Assembly (NCBI GenBank): GCA_029838215.1
Contig: JALGVI010000095.1
Span: 1-11,824 of the forward strand
Reading direction: 5' to 3'
DNA length: 11,824 nt
DNA from: Candidatus Helarchaeota archaeon
GTDB taxonomy: Archaea > Asgardarchaeota > Lokiarchaeia > Helarchaeales > RDOG01
In this document: in pieces, positions 1 to 8,086 of the stretch
How positions within the stretch are numbered: the first letter of the stretch is position 1
Layout: every line of letters begins with the position of its first letter
Translations under genes and position numbers: made by a program
Notes under the pieces: generated by a model
What the model was told of the DNA's origin: nothing
Database searches by the model: none
Seen by the model: the letters and a program-made list of their open reading frames with translations, nothing else

Positions 1-435
1 GATACCATGTCCGATGACCACAAAAAATCATTTGCAATGGTCGATGTCATAAATAACAAGATTATTGAAAATGAAGCCGAATTGGCAAGCTCACGCGTGA
101 AAACTCAATTCCTTGACGACGCTGATTATGCAGTGGTCTGTTATGGAATGCCCTATCGCAGCGCAATGCGTGCCGTCAAAGATGCACGCAAGGAAGGGAT
201 GAAAGTAGGAATTGTCAAGATGGAAGTGATTTGGCCATTTCCCAAGACTGCCATCGCGAAGATTTGCGAAGGCGTGAAAGAACTCTTGATTCCTGAGATC
301 AATCTCGGACAAATGTTCATTGAACTGGAACGAGAGGCTCTTAGACAAAATAGAAAAGTTCATTTGGTAACGCAGATTTCCTATCTACACGAACCTGTTC
401 AAATCTATAGCAAGATGAAGGAGGTCTGGTCATAA
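1..435 (+). CDS. korA: 2-oxoacid:ferredoxin oxidoreductase alpha subunit, C-terminal part (5'-partial)
   Basis: Frame is open from base 1 (GAT ACC ATG...), so the ATG at 7 is probably internal. The C-terminal domain pattern DADYAVVCYG...KVGIVKMEVIWPFP...LLIPEINLGQM is typical of OFOR alpha subunits. The stop overlaps the beta start (TAATG, 433-437). Confidence 0.85.
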   Translation, partial: DTMSDDHKKSFAMVDVINNKIIENEAELASSRVKTQFLDDADYAVVCYGMPYRSAMRAVKDARKEGMKVGIVKMEVIWPFPKTAIAKICEGVKELLIPEINLGQMFIELEREALRQNRKVHLVTQISYLHEPVQIYSKMKEVWS

Positions 436-1310
436 TGGCATCATTATTAACCGGCTCAAAAGAAGACTTTCCTGAATCGGAAGCCGCACTCCGGACAATG
501 GTCGGGAAGATGATCGGGCAACCCAAGCACATATTTTGTCGTGGTTGCGGATACGGATCAATTGCCGCCAATATCGGCAGGGTTTTCATTAAAAACAATG
601 TAGATGAAGCCAAATATCCCTTCTTTGTCGGTGTTGGGTGTTATTCCGCAATTCCAACGGCTTTACCCGGGCACTCTTTAATGACTCTTCACGGACGTGG
701 ATTAGCCGTTGCCACGGGCGCAAAACTGGCTCGACCCTCCATCAAGCCCATTTGCATTTCGGGTGATGGCGATTTACTATCCATAGGAACGAACCATTTC
801 ATTCACGCATGCAGGCGAAACATAGACATGTGCGTCATCTTGCTTCATAACAAGATCTACGGAATGACAGGTGGACAGCAAGCACCGAGTACTCCAAAGG
901 GTGCCAAGGCAACAACTGCTCCATACGGTTCTATTGATCGTACAATTGATGCTGTAGAACTTGCAAAGACTGCAGGGGCAACTTATATCGCCCGCTGGAC
1001 TTGGGCTCAACCACGCAAGTACATGAAATCTCTGGAAACGATTTTATTCGAACATAAAGGGTTTGGACTGCTTGAATTGGTATCGTCATGTCCGACCTAC
1101 TTCGGTAGAAAAAATGACATGGCTGAACCCATCGATCTCTTCCGGTGGATAAGAAGCAATACGATTCACTTGGACAAGGCAAAAGACATGAGTGCTGAAG
1201 AACTCAAGGATAAAATCATCGTGGGTGAGTTCGTGAATACTAAGGTGCCCGAGTATAATGAAAGATATGAAGAACTAATCGCTCGCGTGAGGGGGGCTCG
1301 GAAAAAATGA
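435..1310 (+). CDS. korB: 2-oxoacid:ferredoxin oxidoreductase beta subunit (ThDP-binding, KorB type)
   Basis: Motifs FCRGCG, GVGC, HGRGLAVATG, ThDP motif GDGD...HNK, IYGMTGGQ and CPTYFGRKN. Substrate specificity cannot be read from the sequence. Confidence 0.93.
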   Translation: MASLLTGSKEDFPESEAALRTMVGKMIGQPKHIFCRGCGYGSIAANIGRVFIKNNVDEAKYPFFVGVGCYSAIPTALPGHSLMTLHGRGLAVATGAKLARPSIKPICISGDGDLLSIGTNHFIHACRRNIDMCVILLHNKIYGMTGGQQAPSTPKGAKATTAPYGSIDRTIDAVELAKTAGATYIARWTWAQPRKYMKSLETILFEHKGFGLLELVSSCPTYFGRKNDMAEPIDLFRWIRSNTIHLDKAKDMSAEELKDKIIVGEFVNTKVPEYNERYEELIARVRGARKK

Positions 1311-1867
1311 GGAATGAAATTCTCATTGCAGGATTCGGCGGTCAAGGCGTGATAACACTCGCTAAAATCATTGCAGCCGCTGCCATCCTTGAAGAACGCA
1401 AATACGCAACTCAAGCCGAAGCATATGGACCCGCGTCTCGGGGCGGCTCTTGCTGGGCTGAAGTCGTTGTAGACGATAAAGACCCTATTGATTATCCACG
1501 AGCAATCAATCCGAACATCTTCATTCTACTCTCTGAACTTGCCGCAGGAAAATACAAACGCGCTGCCAGCAAACCCGGAAAGGTAACCATCACCGATCCA
1601 TTAACGGTAAAAAAACTCAAGATTCGCAAGGGCAAGAAAATCGAGATCGATGCTCAAAGAATTGCTCAAGAAAAATTCGGAATGGGTGTCGTTAGCAACA
1701 TGATCCTTTTCGGCGCATTCATTGGTCTCTTCCCCGATATCATCTCCGAAGAAGCAGGTCGAAAAACCGTTGAAAAATTCGTTCCTCCAAAAGCATTGAG
1801 CACAAACCTTGAAGCATTTGACCTCGGTTTAAAACTTGCGAAAGAACAAGCCGCATCTGCTCAATAA
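1307..1867 (+). CDS. korC: 2-oxoacid:ferredoxin oxidoreductase gamma subunit
   Basis: N-terminal EILIAGFGGQG, AYGPASRGG and SNMILFGA motifs; ATGA overlap with the beta subunit. Confidence 0.92.
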   Translation: MRNEILIAGFGGQGVITLAKIIAAAAILEERKYATQAEAYGPASRGGSCWAEVVVDDKDPIDYPRAINPNIFILLSELAAGKYKRAASKPGKVTITDPLTVKKLKIRKGKKIEIDAQRIAQEKFGMGVVSNMILFGAFIGLFPDIISEEAGRKTVEKFVPPKALSTNLEAFDLGLKLAKEQAASAQ

Positions 1868-1877
1868 ACTCCACTAC

Positions 1878-1904
1878 TTTTTTTTTTAAATGAAATAAAA
1901 AAAA
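1878..1904. terminator. Probable bidirectional archaeal-type oligo(T) terminator between convergent genes
   Basis: T10 at 1878-1887 just after the korC stop, and A8 at 1897-1904 (T8 on the minus strand) just after the stop of 1911..3035. No hairpin seen. Confidence 0.55.
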
Positions 1905-1910
1905 TGATTT

Positions 1911-3035
1911 TTAGGATAAAAGACTTCCCAGATGTTCCATAAAGGTCTTTTCGCCGATGGGAATCACGTCCGGTGGAATCTTATCTTCGATTTTTTCCAT
2001 CTTGATTGCATTTTTCGCACAGTTCGTTGCACAAACACCACAACCAATGCAGGAGCTGAGATCGATGAGCATCTTTTTGCCTTCCGCGTCATGAGTGATT
2101 ATGCTCATCGGGCACTTTTTCATGCAAAGCTCGCACTCCACGCAAGTATCAGAGTCTATCTTAGGTCGAAAATTAGAAGGTGAAATGATCTTAAAGCCGT
2201 GTTTCTTGGTCGGCTTGAGGATGCCGCAATGACACGGACAACAATTGCATATGAATTGAAGATGTTCTCCACCCTTGGAATTTGACGTGCAATGAACAAG
2301 ACCTGCCTTTTCGGTTTTTTTTAAATAATTTATGGCTTCTTCTTTTGTCAGGGCTCGAGCAAGACCGAATCTTGCCAATGCCTGCGCTCCAATACCCGTT
2401 ATGAAGCATCCCATTTCCGATGGAGCGATTTCACACGGCTCACCAGTCACTTCGCCAATATAACGACATTGACAAGGAATGACGGCGAAATATTCGCTAT
2501 TATTTATCAGGTCTTCTACCAATTCGTAAGGCAGGACTTCGTTACGTGCTTCAATAGATTCATTAATTGCGATGAGTCTGTCCTTCGATTCTATTGGCAA
2601 TAGCGGTCTAAACATTTCAAAATCTTTTCTTATGGCGGGAGGCTGAAGCTCATTTACGTTCTTGAAAATGAATCGATATGCTTCCGCCGCCTTCTCTAAA
2701 TTCTCTTTAGTATCTTGTCTTGCAATGAAATATGCTTCAAAGATGCCCGGAACAAGCGGTGCAAGCTCGTATTTCGTTCCGTGTTTCACGAGGGTTTTCT
2801 TTGCAACGGCTTTTTGGAGAATGGATTTGATCTTTTTTCTATCTAGCCCTGTTTTTTCAGCCAATTCACGGAGAGAAATTGGTTTTCCAATCGATGGAAA
2901 AACGGCTAGAATCTTGATGACTTCTTCGTCCCAAAAAACCCTTAACAAGTCATGTATCTTCTGGTGTTTCGGAGCAACAAGAGGACCTACTGCCAATTTC
3001 TGCCGGACAATTTCATAATAATCAATTTCGGTCAT
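1911..3035 (-). CDS. Winged-helix + Cys-rich + 2x[4Fe-4S] ferredoxin-domain protein, function unknown
   Basis: HTH-like ISLRELAEKTGLDRKKIKSILQKAV; central CQCR-x-C-x-C and ICNCCPCHC; C-terminal CVECELCMKKCP and CIGCGVCATNCA. Confidence 0.88.
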   Translation of the reverse strand: MTEIDYYEIVRQKLAVGPLVAPKHQKIHDLLRVFWDEEVIKILAVFPSIGKPISLRELAEKTGLDRKKIKSILQKAVAKKTLVKHGTKYELAPLVPGIFEAYFIARQDTKENLEKAAEAYRFIFKNVNELQPPAIRKDFEMFRPLLPIESKDRLIAINESIEARNEVLPYELVEDLINNSEYFAVIPCQCRYIGEVTGEPCEIAPSEMGCFITGIGAQALARFGLARALTKEEAINYLKKTEKAGLVHCTSNSKGGEHLQFICNCCPCHCGILKPTKKHGFKIISPSNFRPKIDSDTCVECELCMKKCPMSIITHDAEGKKMLIDLSSCIGCGVCATNCAKNAIKMEKIEDKIPPDVIPIGEKTFMEHLGSLLS

Positions 3036-3154
3036 GATGAAAACCGTTCATATTGGAAAATTTACGTAACATGTAATTGTAAATCCTGTGATAAAAAAAG
3101 TTTATTATCCAAGAATTCATCCATTTGCCAAATCAAGCAATTATCATGCTCAGA

Positions 3155-3162
3155 TTTATAAG
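3155..3162 (+). promoter_or_regulatory. Candidate TATA box for the CoA-transferase operon
   Basis: TTTATAAG lies about 25-30 nt upstream of a purine-rich GAAGGAG (3186-3192), which precedes the TTG start at 3201. Confidence 0.4.
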
Positions 3163-3200
3163 ATCAATTATCAATTGAATCCCATGAAGGAGAAGAGAAC

Positions 3201-4220
3201 TTGACTAAGATCATGTCCATGCACGATGCCATCAAGAAATACGTCCATGATGGTTCATTTGTTTCGATCGGTGCGTGCGGTACGGGTTGTCCATATAATG
3301 CCATTCACGAAATTATCAGACAAGAACGCAAGAATCTCAAGGTCATTCAACCCACGTCCATGTTTGAGATTGACCAATTGGCGGGCTGTGGATGTGTGAA
3401 GGAGATCATTTACTCATGGAGTTATCGTGCCACGCGAGGATTGCGTGCTTTTGACCGTGCCATTCAGCAATATGACATTACTGTTAAAGATTACACGAAT
3501 TTTACAACGGCAGCCATGCTAGCTGCAGGAGCCCGTGGCTTGCCTTTTTATCCCGCCAAGATGTCCGTTTATCACACCGATATCTATCGCAGGCGCATTG
3601 AAGATGACATGTTTAAAGTAATTGATAATCCATTTAATCCTGGCGAAAAGGTCTTACTGGTTCCTGCCGTGAATCCCGATGTGGGGATAATGCACGTGCA
3701 ACGCGTTGATGAAGAGGGAAATGCACAATTTTGGGCGGCAAATGGTACCATGCGAGATGGGCTATTATCATGCAAGCACATCATCATCTCTGCGGAAGAA
3801 ATCATAGAAAAAGAGATCGTTCAGGCAAGTCCAAATTATACTCTAATTCCCGGGTTTCGGGTCGATGCAATCATTCACGAACCATGGGGAGCTCACCCTG
3901 CAGGCATGCTCGGGTATTATGAGATGGATAGGCACATGATAGCACTATACACCGGGTCGATCGTTCTGACACCCGTTTCTTTTCAAACGTGGGTTCAAGA
4001 TTGGATTTTAAGCGTGAATGATCGGGGTGAGTATATCGAAAAATACGCACACACCTATGGCGTCCGTGCGCTTGAAAAACTTCGCGCCCGATCCTTCCCA
4101 TCTGCTTCTGTTAATCTGGGTTCGACTTTCAGGCTTGAACGAGATCTAATGAATCTCTCCCTTGAAGATATTTACAACGATCCCGACCTGAAAGAATTCA
4201 CGGAGGAGATAGACGCATGA
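3201..4220 (+). CDS. Family I CoA-transferase subunit A (glutaconate/3-oxoadipate CoA-transferase-like)
   Basis: KIMSMHDAIKKYVHDG start, AGARGLPF and VPAVNPDVGIMHVQRVDEEGN motifs, and HEPWGAHP match GctA/CatI-type subunits as I recall them. TTG start with GAAGGAG 8 nt upstream; the ATG at 3213 is an alternative start. Confidence 0.88.
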   Translation: MTKIMSMHDAIKKYVHDGSFVSIGACGTGCPYNAIHEIIRQERKNLKVIQPTSMFEIDQLAGCGCVKEIIYSWSYRATRGLRAFDRAIQQYDITVKDYTNFTTAAMLAAGARGLPFYPAKMSVYHTDIYRRRIEDDMFKVIDNPFNPGEKVLLVPAVNPDVGIMHVQRVDEEGNAQFWAANGTMRDGLLSCKHIIISAEEIIEKEIVQASPNYTLIPGFRVDAIIHEPWGAHPAGMLGYYEMDRHMIALYTGSIVLTPVSFQTWVQDWILSVNDRGEYIEKYAHTYGVRALEKLRARSFPSASVNLGSTFRLERDLMNLSLEDIYNDPDLKEFTEEIDA

Positions 4221-5065
4221 GCAAGCAAGTAAGAAAAGTCAAGACGAGTTACAACGAAATTCTCTGCAGTGCTGCTGCAAAACAACTTAAGGATGGTGAA
4301 GTGGTATTCGTTGGACAGGGATTTCCAATTTTCGCCTCGATGCTAGCCCAGCGATTAGGAACAAAGCTTCATTTAGTGATGGAAGCAGGAATTCTCGACT
4401 TTTCACCGTATAGAGCTCCTGTTCACATATCCGACATGTCTGCCATGAAAGGATGCATGTCTTGTTGTGAAATGATTGACGTGTTCACCTTTTATCTCCA
4501 TCGTGGTTTCATTGATGTTGGATTTCTGGGCGGTGCCGAAATCGATAAGTACGGAAATCTCAACACGAGTTATAAGGGCGATCCAAAAATACCGCGAAAT
4601 CGCATCGCAGGAAGTGGCGGTGCTAACGAGATAGGTGGATACGCAAAACGAACCGTCATCATAATCCGACACGGCAAGTTCGTAGAAAAACCATATTACA
4701 TCACCACGCCCGGATACCTTGAAGGTGGAAAATCACGCGAAGAAGCAGGCCTGCCGGGAGGTCCTGAAACGGTCGTGACTCTCAAGGGCATCTTCAAGTT
4801 CGATAAAAATACAAAAGAAATGTATCTCGATTCGATTCATCCCGGCGTCACGCTCGAGAAAATTCAAAAAGAAATACCGTGGGAACTGAAAGTCTCTCCA
4901 AACCTCAAGACAACACCTCTACCAACGGACAATGAAATTGAAATCATGCGCGGATTCATTCCAAATGTGAGCGTGGGAAAAACCCGCTGGGGCACGATGC
5001 AAATCACGCAAATGCGGGACTACATGCAGAGAAAACTTGCCCAATTAAAACAATTAATGCGATGA
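4217..5065 (+). CDS. Family I CoA-transferase subunit B (catalytic Glu subunit)
   Basis: VFVGQGFP; MEAG (Glu56, equivalent to the catalytic Glu of GctB); FLGGAEIDKYGNLN; GSGGANEI. ATGA overlap with subunit A. Confidence 0.9.
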   Translation: MSKQVRKVKTSYNEILCSAAAKQLKDGEVVFVGQGFPIFASMLAQRLGTKLHLVMEAGILDFSPYRAPVHISDMSAMKGCMSCCEMIDVFTFYLHRGFIDVGFLGGAEIDKYGNLNTSYKGDPKIPRNRIAGSGGANEIGGYAKRTVIIIRHGKFVEKPYYITTPGYLEGGKSREEAGLPGGPETVVTLKGIFKFDKNTKEMYLDSIHPGVTLEKIQKEIPWELKVSPNLKTTPLPTDNEIEIMRGFIPNVSVGKTRWGTMQITQMRDYMQRKLAQLKQLMR

Positions 5066-5070
5066 ATCTC

Positions 5071-5094
5071 TTTTTTCTCGCACGTATTCTTTTT
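5071..5094 (+). terminator. Possible oligo(T) terminator of the CoA-transferase operon
   Basis: T6 (5071-5076) and T5 (5090-5094) immediately after the TGA at 5063-5065. Confidence 0.4.
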
Positions 5095-5203
5095 CATCAT
5101 TAATCAACCTGCTAAACAATTAGTCTTCACGGCTCATCTTAAAAAGGAAGAAAAAGTAAGAAACAAATAGTTAATTCTTGAGAAGACTCATTAAACAAAT
5201 ATA

Positions 5204-5314
5204 TCATCTTGAATTTCGTTTGTATATCTCCATTCCTTCAAGAATTTCACCAAGAATTCTTTTTGTGGTTCCTGTAGCTGAAAAATTTGTGATGGATGCG
5301 TTGGAAATAAACAT
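5204..5314 (-). pseudogene. Truncated flavodoxin-domain gene (N-terminal stub, EFR1-family flavodoxin/ferredoxin-like)
   Basis: Hand translation MFISNASITNFSATGTTKRILGEILEGMEIYKRNSR* (36 aa). FSATGTTKRI..EI.EGM matches the flavodoxin FMN phosphate-binding loop consensus (Y/F)SxTGxTxxxA. It lies 35 nt downstream of, and co-oriented with, 5349..6893. Confidence 0.55.
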
Positions 5315-5348
5315 TTTTTACCGAACATCTTGTTTAATGGGCTTGGTT

Positions 5349-6893
5349 TCATCTTTTTTTTCTATTTCTCATGTAAGGTATCAATTTTTTCAATAGCATA
5401 AAAATGTCCCTGAATGCATGGGTTCGTATAATTCTAGGGAGCAATTTAAGTGCCGGTAACTTTATGAAAGGCGGAGAAATCTTGACTGCATCATTAATAA
5501 ATCCGTGACGTTTCGTAACATTTATGCCCATTGAATGATTTACTAATTCATTAATTTCTAATATGTTGATTTTTTCACCCAATTTTGGTTTTAACATTCT
5601 TGCTCCATCTTCAAAAAGTATTGAACAACCCATGCATGGTGTAATTAAAGTTCGAGTTCCTTTATCAAGCATGTTTTGAAACAATTCTTTTTGAGTCTTA
5701 TATGCGCCGTCTTTCCCGATGAGGCCCCTCAAGTTTAATCCGTATCCATAGGTTTTATTTGCAAATAACCCGCAACAAAGAGCATTTTCTCTATCAAAAT
5801 CTGTTTTTACCACTTTTACACCGGGTATGCTAGCTAAGATTTCTCTTGGCTCATCATAAATTGGACTGCTCGTTAATTCATTCCTTCGACCAGTAGAACA
5901 ACTATCGTTATAGGCAACTGTTATTGGGACTTCATTCTTCAATTCAATTTTACCTTCTTTAATTAACTTCAAAATGTATTGGGTAACGTGCATTATTTTC
6001 ATTGGATTTTGCATTTTTTCTAATTGATTAAAAGGAAGCTCAATTCCATATCTCGTCATATCAAACATATGGACTGTATAGCATCCCGGACAATGAAGTA
6101 ACAACTCCTTTGGCCTTGGTCGTAAATTCATATAATATTCCAAATCTCTATTTGTTTGATCTATAAACAGATCGAGATATCCAAACATCGCATAAACCAT
6201 ACCACAACAAAAGTTTTCATTCCCAATTGTAATGAAATCAACACCTGCAGCTTCCAAAATCGTAATAATTTGATATACCACGTCTGGAGCTACCCAACTG
6301 TGACCGCAACCACCATATAAACATACTTCAGCTCCTTTAGTTGGAAATCTTCGAGCTTTTTCGATAATTCTTCTTTCCTTAAGGTGTTCGGGATCTTTAG
6401 AGCTATACCAATCACCAATGATTAATTTTGCTGCAATTGGCCAGACATATTTAAAAACAGGATTATTAATATCTTTAAAAATATGATTTCGAACGAACCT
6501 AATAATAAAAGGTGCTTGACCCAATATAACCAAGATTGTTCTTACTACTATGATTAACGCCGATTTTGAAATTTGTTTATCTTTAGGTAATGGACAGGAA
6601 TTGTTACAATGCTCACATATTCCACAAGTCCAGATATATTTTTTTGTTTTTCTACTCATTTTTTTACTAAAATTCTTGCTTAAAATAAAATCTTTTATTT
6701 CTCGCATTATTTTTCGCCCATCTTTTATCGTGTATTTGTGAAAGACGCAATTTTTTATGCATAAGCCACATGCGGTACATGGTTCAATGGCTTTTCTTAT
6801 GGCGGGTATAAACTTTTTTTTCTCTTTTTTAACATCATATGCAATTTCATTCATCATTCTTTCTCCTCTAATATGAAATAATTTAAAATTCAT
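5349..6893 (-). CDS. HdrD/GlpC/GlcF-like Fe-S oxidoreductase (2x[4Fe-4S] + two complete CCG domains)
   Basis: CTACGLCIKNC and CGICEHCNNSCP, then C-x32-CC-x37-CPGC and C-x40-CC-x45-CMGC. Start is ambiguous: 6893 (ATGA overlap) or 6857 (GAGGAG 6 nt upstream). Confidence 0.9.
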   Translation of the reverse strand: MNFKLFHIRGERMMNEIAYDVKKEKKKFIPAIRKAIEPCTACGLCIKNCVFHKYTIKDGRKIMREIKDFILSKNFSKKMSRKTKKYIWTCGICEHCNNSCPLPKDKQISKSALIIVVRTILVILGQAPFIIRFVRNHIFKDINNPVFKYVWPIAAKLIIGDWYSSKDPEHLKERRIIEKARRFPTKGAEVCLYGGCGHSWVAPDVVYQIITILEAAGVDFITIGNENFCCGMVYAMFGYLDLFIDQTNRDLEYYMNLRPRPKELLLHCPGCYTVHMFDMTRYGIELPFNQLEKMQNPMKIMHVTQYILKLIKEGKIELKNEVPITVAYNDSCSTGRRNELTSSPIYDEPREILASIPGVKVVKTDFDRENALCCGLFANKTYGYGLNLRGLIGKDGAYKTQKELFQNMLDKGTRTLITPCMGCSILFEDGARMLKPKLGEKINILEINELVNHSMGINVTKRHGFINDAVKISPPFIKLPALKLLPRIIRTHAFRDIFMLLKKLIPYMRNRKKR

Positions 6894-8059
6894 GAAGATA
6901 TTCGGGCTTTTGATTTTTTTAGTACAGGTAAAAATACCGTGCGCGTTTTTTTAATGAGTTTAAAGGCATCCTCTGGGCAGTGGTATTCACATTGACCACA
7001 ACCAATGCATTTTTTTTCATTGATTATGGCTTTACCATTTTTCATTGAAATAGCTAAAATAGGGCAATAATCAATACAATTTTCACACCCTGTACATTTT
7101 GAAATATCGGGAATGGTTGAAAGATAATTTGATTTGATGTATAAGGGTATTTGACCTCGGTTATAAGCACCTATAGAATTACAACAATCCCAACAACAAT
7201 TGCAAATACTTAATTCTAAATCATTCGGATCCATTTTATGATACATTATCTCATGGATTCCCCCTTTTTCCCTAACATCCTTAAGGATTTCTAATGCTTC
7301 GCTTTTTGAAATTTCTCTTCCGAGTTTGTGTTTAATGACATGATTTGCGACCTTTCCCAACCACATGTGAGTTTCTCTAGGCAATTTTAAACGACACGAT
7401 CCGCCTTCTGAAATCACGTGTTGCCTACAAATACAATTACTAACAGCAATATTTCCGTCTTTTCCATATTTTTCAACAATTTCATTAACAGTTCCTGCAC
7501 GTAATACACTAGTTTCAGGGACATCTATGGAATCATTAACATTAATTGTTCTGTCCTTGGATTGCTTTGATTCGACTTTTGCAATACTCCAAAAGGGTCC
7601 TCCTATTTTATAATACATGTTTAGAAGAGTACGTCCTCCTATAAAATTAAATTTTTCAAATGATTTGAACAATTTTGTCAAGCTTTTTAAAAACTTAGTG
7701 TCTTGAGGCGTTTCATTTCCCTTAGGAATTTGTAATTCAAATAATCCAACCATCATGGGAGGCATTTCAAAAAGATCTTCTCCATTACTTGAACTAGTTG
7801 ACCATATAAAACCTTTTTTGATCAAATTTTCAAAGATTTTCGGAAAATTGTCTTCTGAGACTCCATAAAGTGCTTCTAATTCTGCTCTCTTATAACTATT
7901 TATTCCCATTTTTAGTAGAAAATCTATTTCTTCAGAAGTTAATAATGTATCTAAAACATCAATTACAGATTTAATTAATGAAGTTGGAATGGGCCGATTA
8001 GATTGTTTGTTCATTAAATCGGCTACTTTTTTTAAATTTTTTCTCCTATTTTTATCCAT
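6890..8059 (-). CDS. Winged-helix + Cys-rich + 2x[4Fe-4S] protein, paralog of 1911..3035
   Basis: CICR-x-C, ICNCCWDCC, CTGCENCIDYCP and CIGCGQCEYHCP. Shared segment KDRTINVNDSID vs KDRLIAINESIE in 1911..3035. AGGAG lies upstream of the start. Confidence 0.88.
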   Translation of the reverse strand: MDKNRRKNLKKVADLMNKQSNRPIPTSLIKSVIDVLDTLLTSEEIDFLLKMGINSYKRAELEALYGVSEDNFPKIFENLIKKGFIWSTSSSNGEDLFEMPPMMVGLFELQIPKGNETPQDTKFLKSLTKLFKSFEKFNFIGGRTLLNMYYKIGGPFWSIAKVESKQSKDRTINVNDSIDVPETSVLRAGTVNEIVEKYGKDGNIAVSNCICRQHVISEGGSCRLKLPRETHMWLGKVANHVIKHKLGREISKSEALEILKDVREKGGIHEIMYHKMDPNDLELSICNCCWDCCNSIGAYNRGQIPLYIKSNYLSTIPDISKCTGCENCIDYCPILAISMKNGKAIINEKKCIGCGQCEYHCPEDAFKLIKKTRTVFLPVLKKSKARISS

Positions 8060-8086
8060 TTTAATTTTTCTCCTAAAATTTATAAA

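Noticed and set aside
7-9. ATG at 7 as the true start of a 142-aa protein
   Set aside because: The frame is open from base 1 and the product matches only the C-terminal domain of an OFOR alpha subunit.
91-4672. Short track ORFs 91..363, 341..613, 777..1010, 931..1182, 1166..1414, 1932..2183, 2191..2409, 2662..3018, 2952..3161, 3584..3805, 3731..3922, 3871..4101 and 4403..4672
   Set aside because: All overlap well-supported genes in another frame or strand and show no recognisable motifs.
5178-5396. 72-aa plus-strand ORF
   Set aside because: It is antisense to the flavodoxin-like stub and to the end of 5349..6893, with no motif of its own.
6811-6830. A-AAA-AAG slippery heptamer near the 5' end of 5349..6893
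   Set aside because: Expected by chance in a Lys-rich, AT-rich stretch. The zero frame is intact and I see no stimulatory structure or meaningful -1 frame product.
7175-7205. ACAACAAT-type short repeats
   Set aside because: These are Cys/Asn codons (CNCCWDCCN) of the minus-strand gene, not a DNA repeat element.
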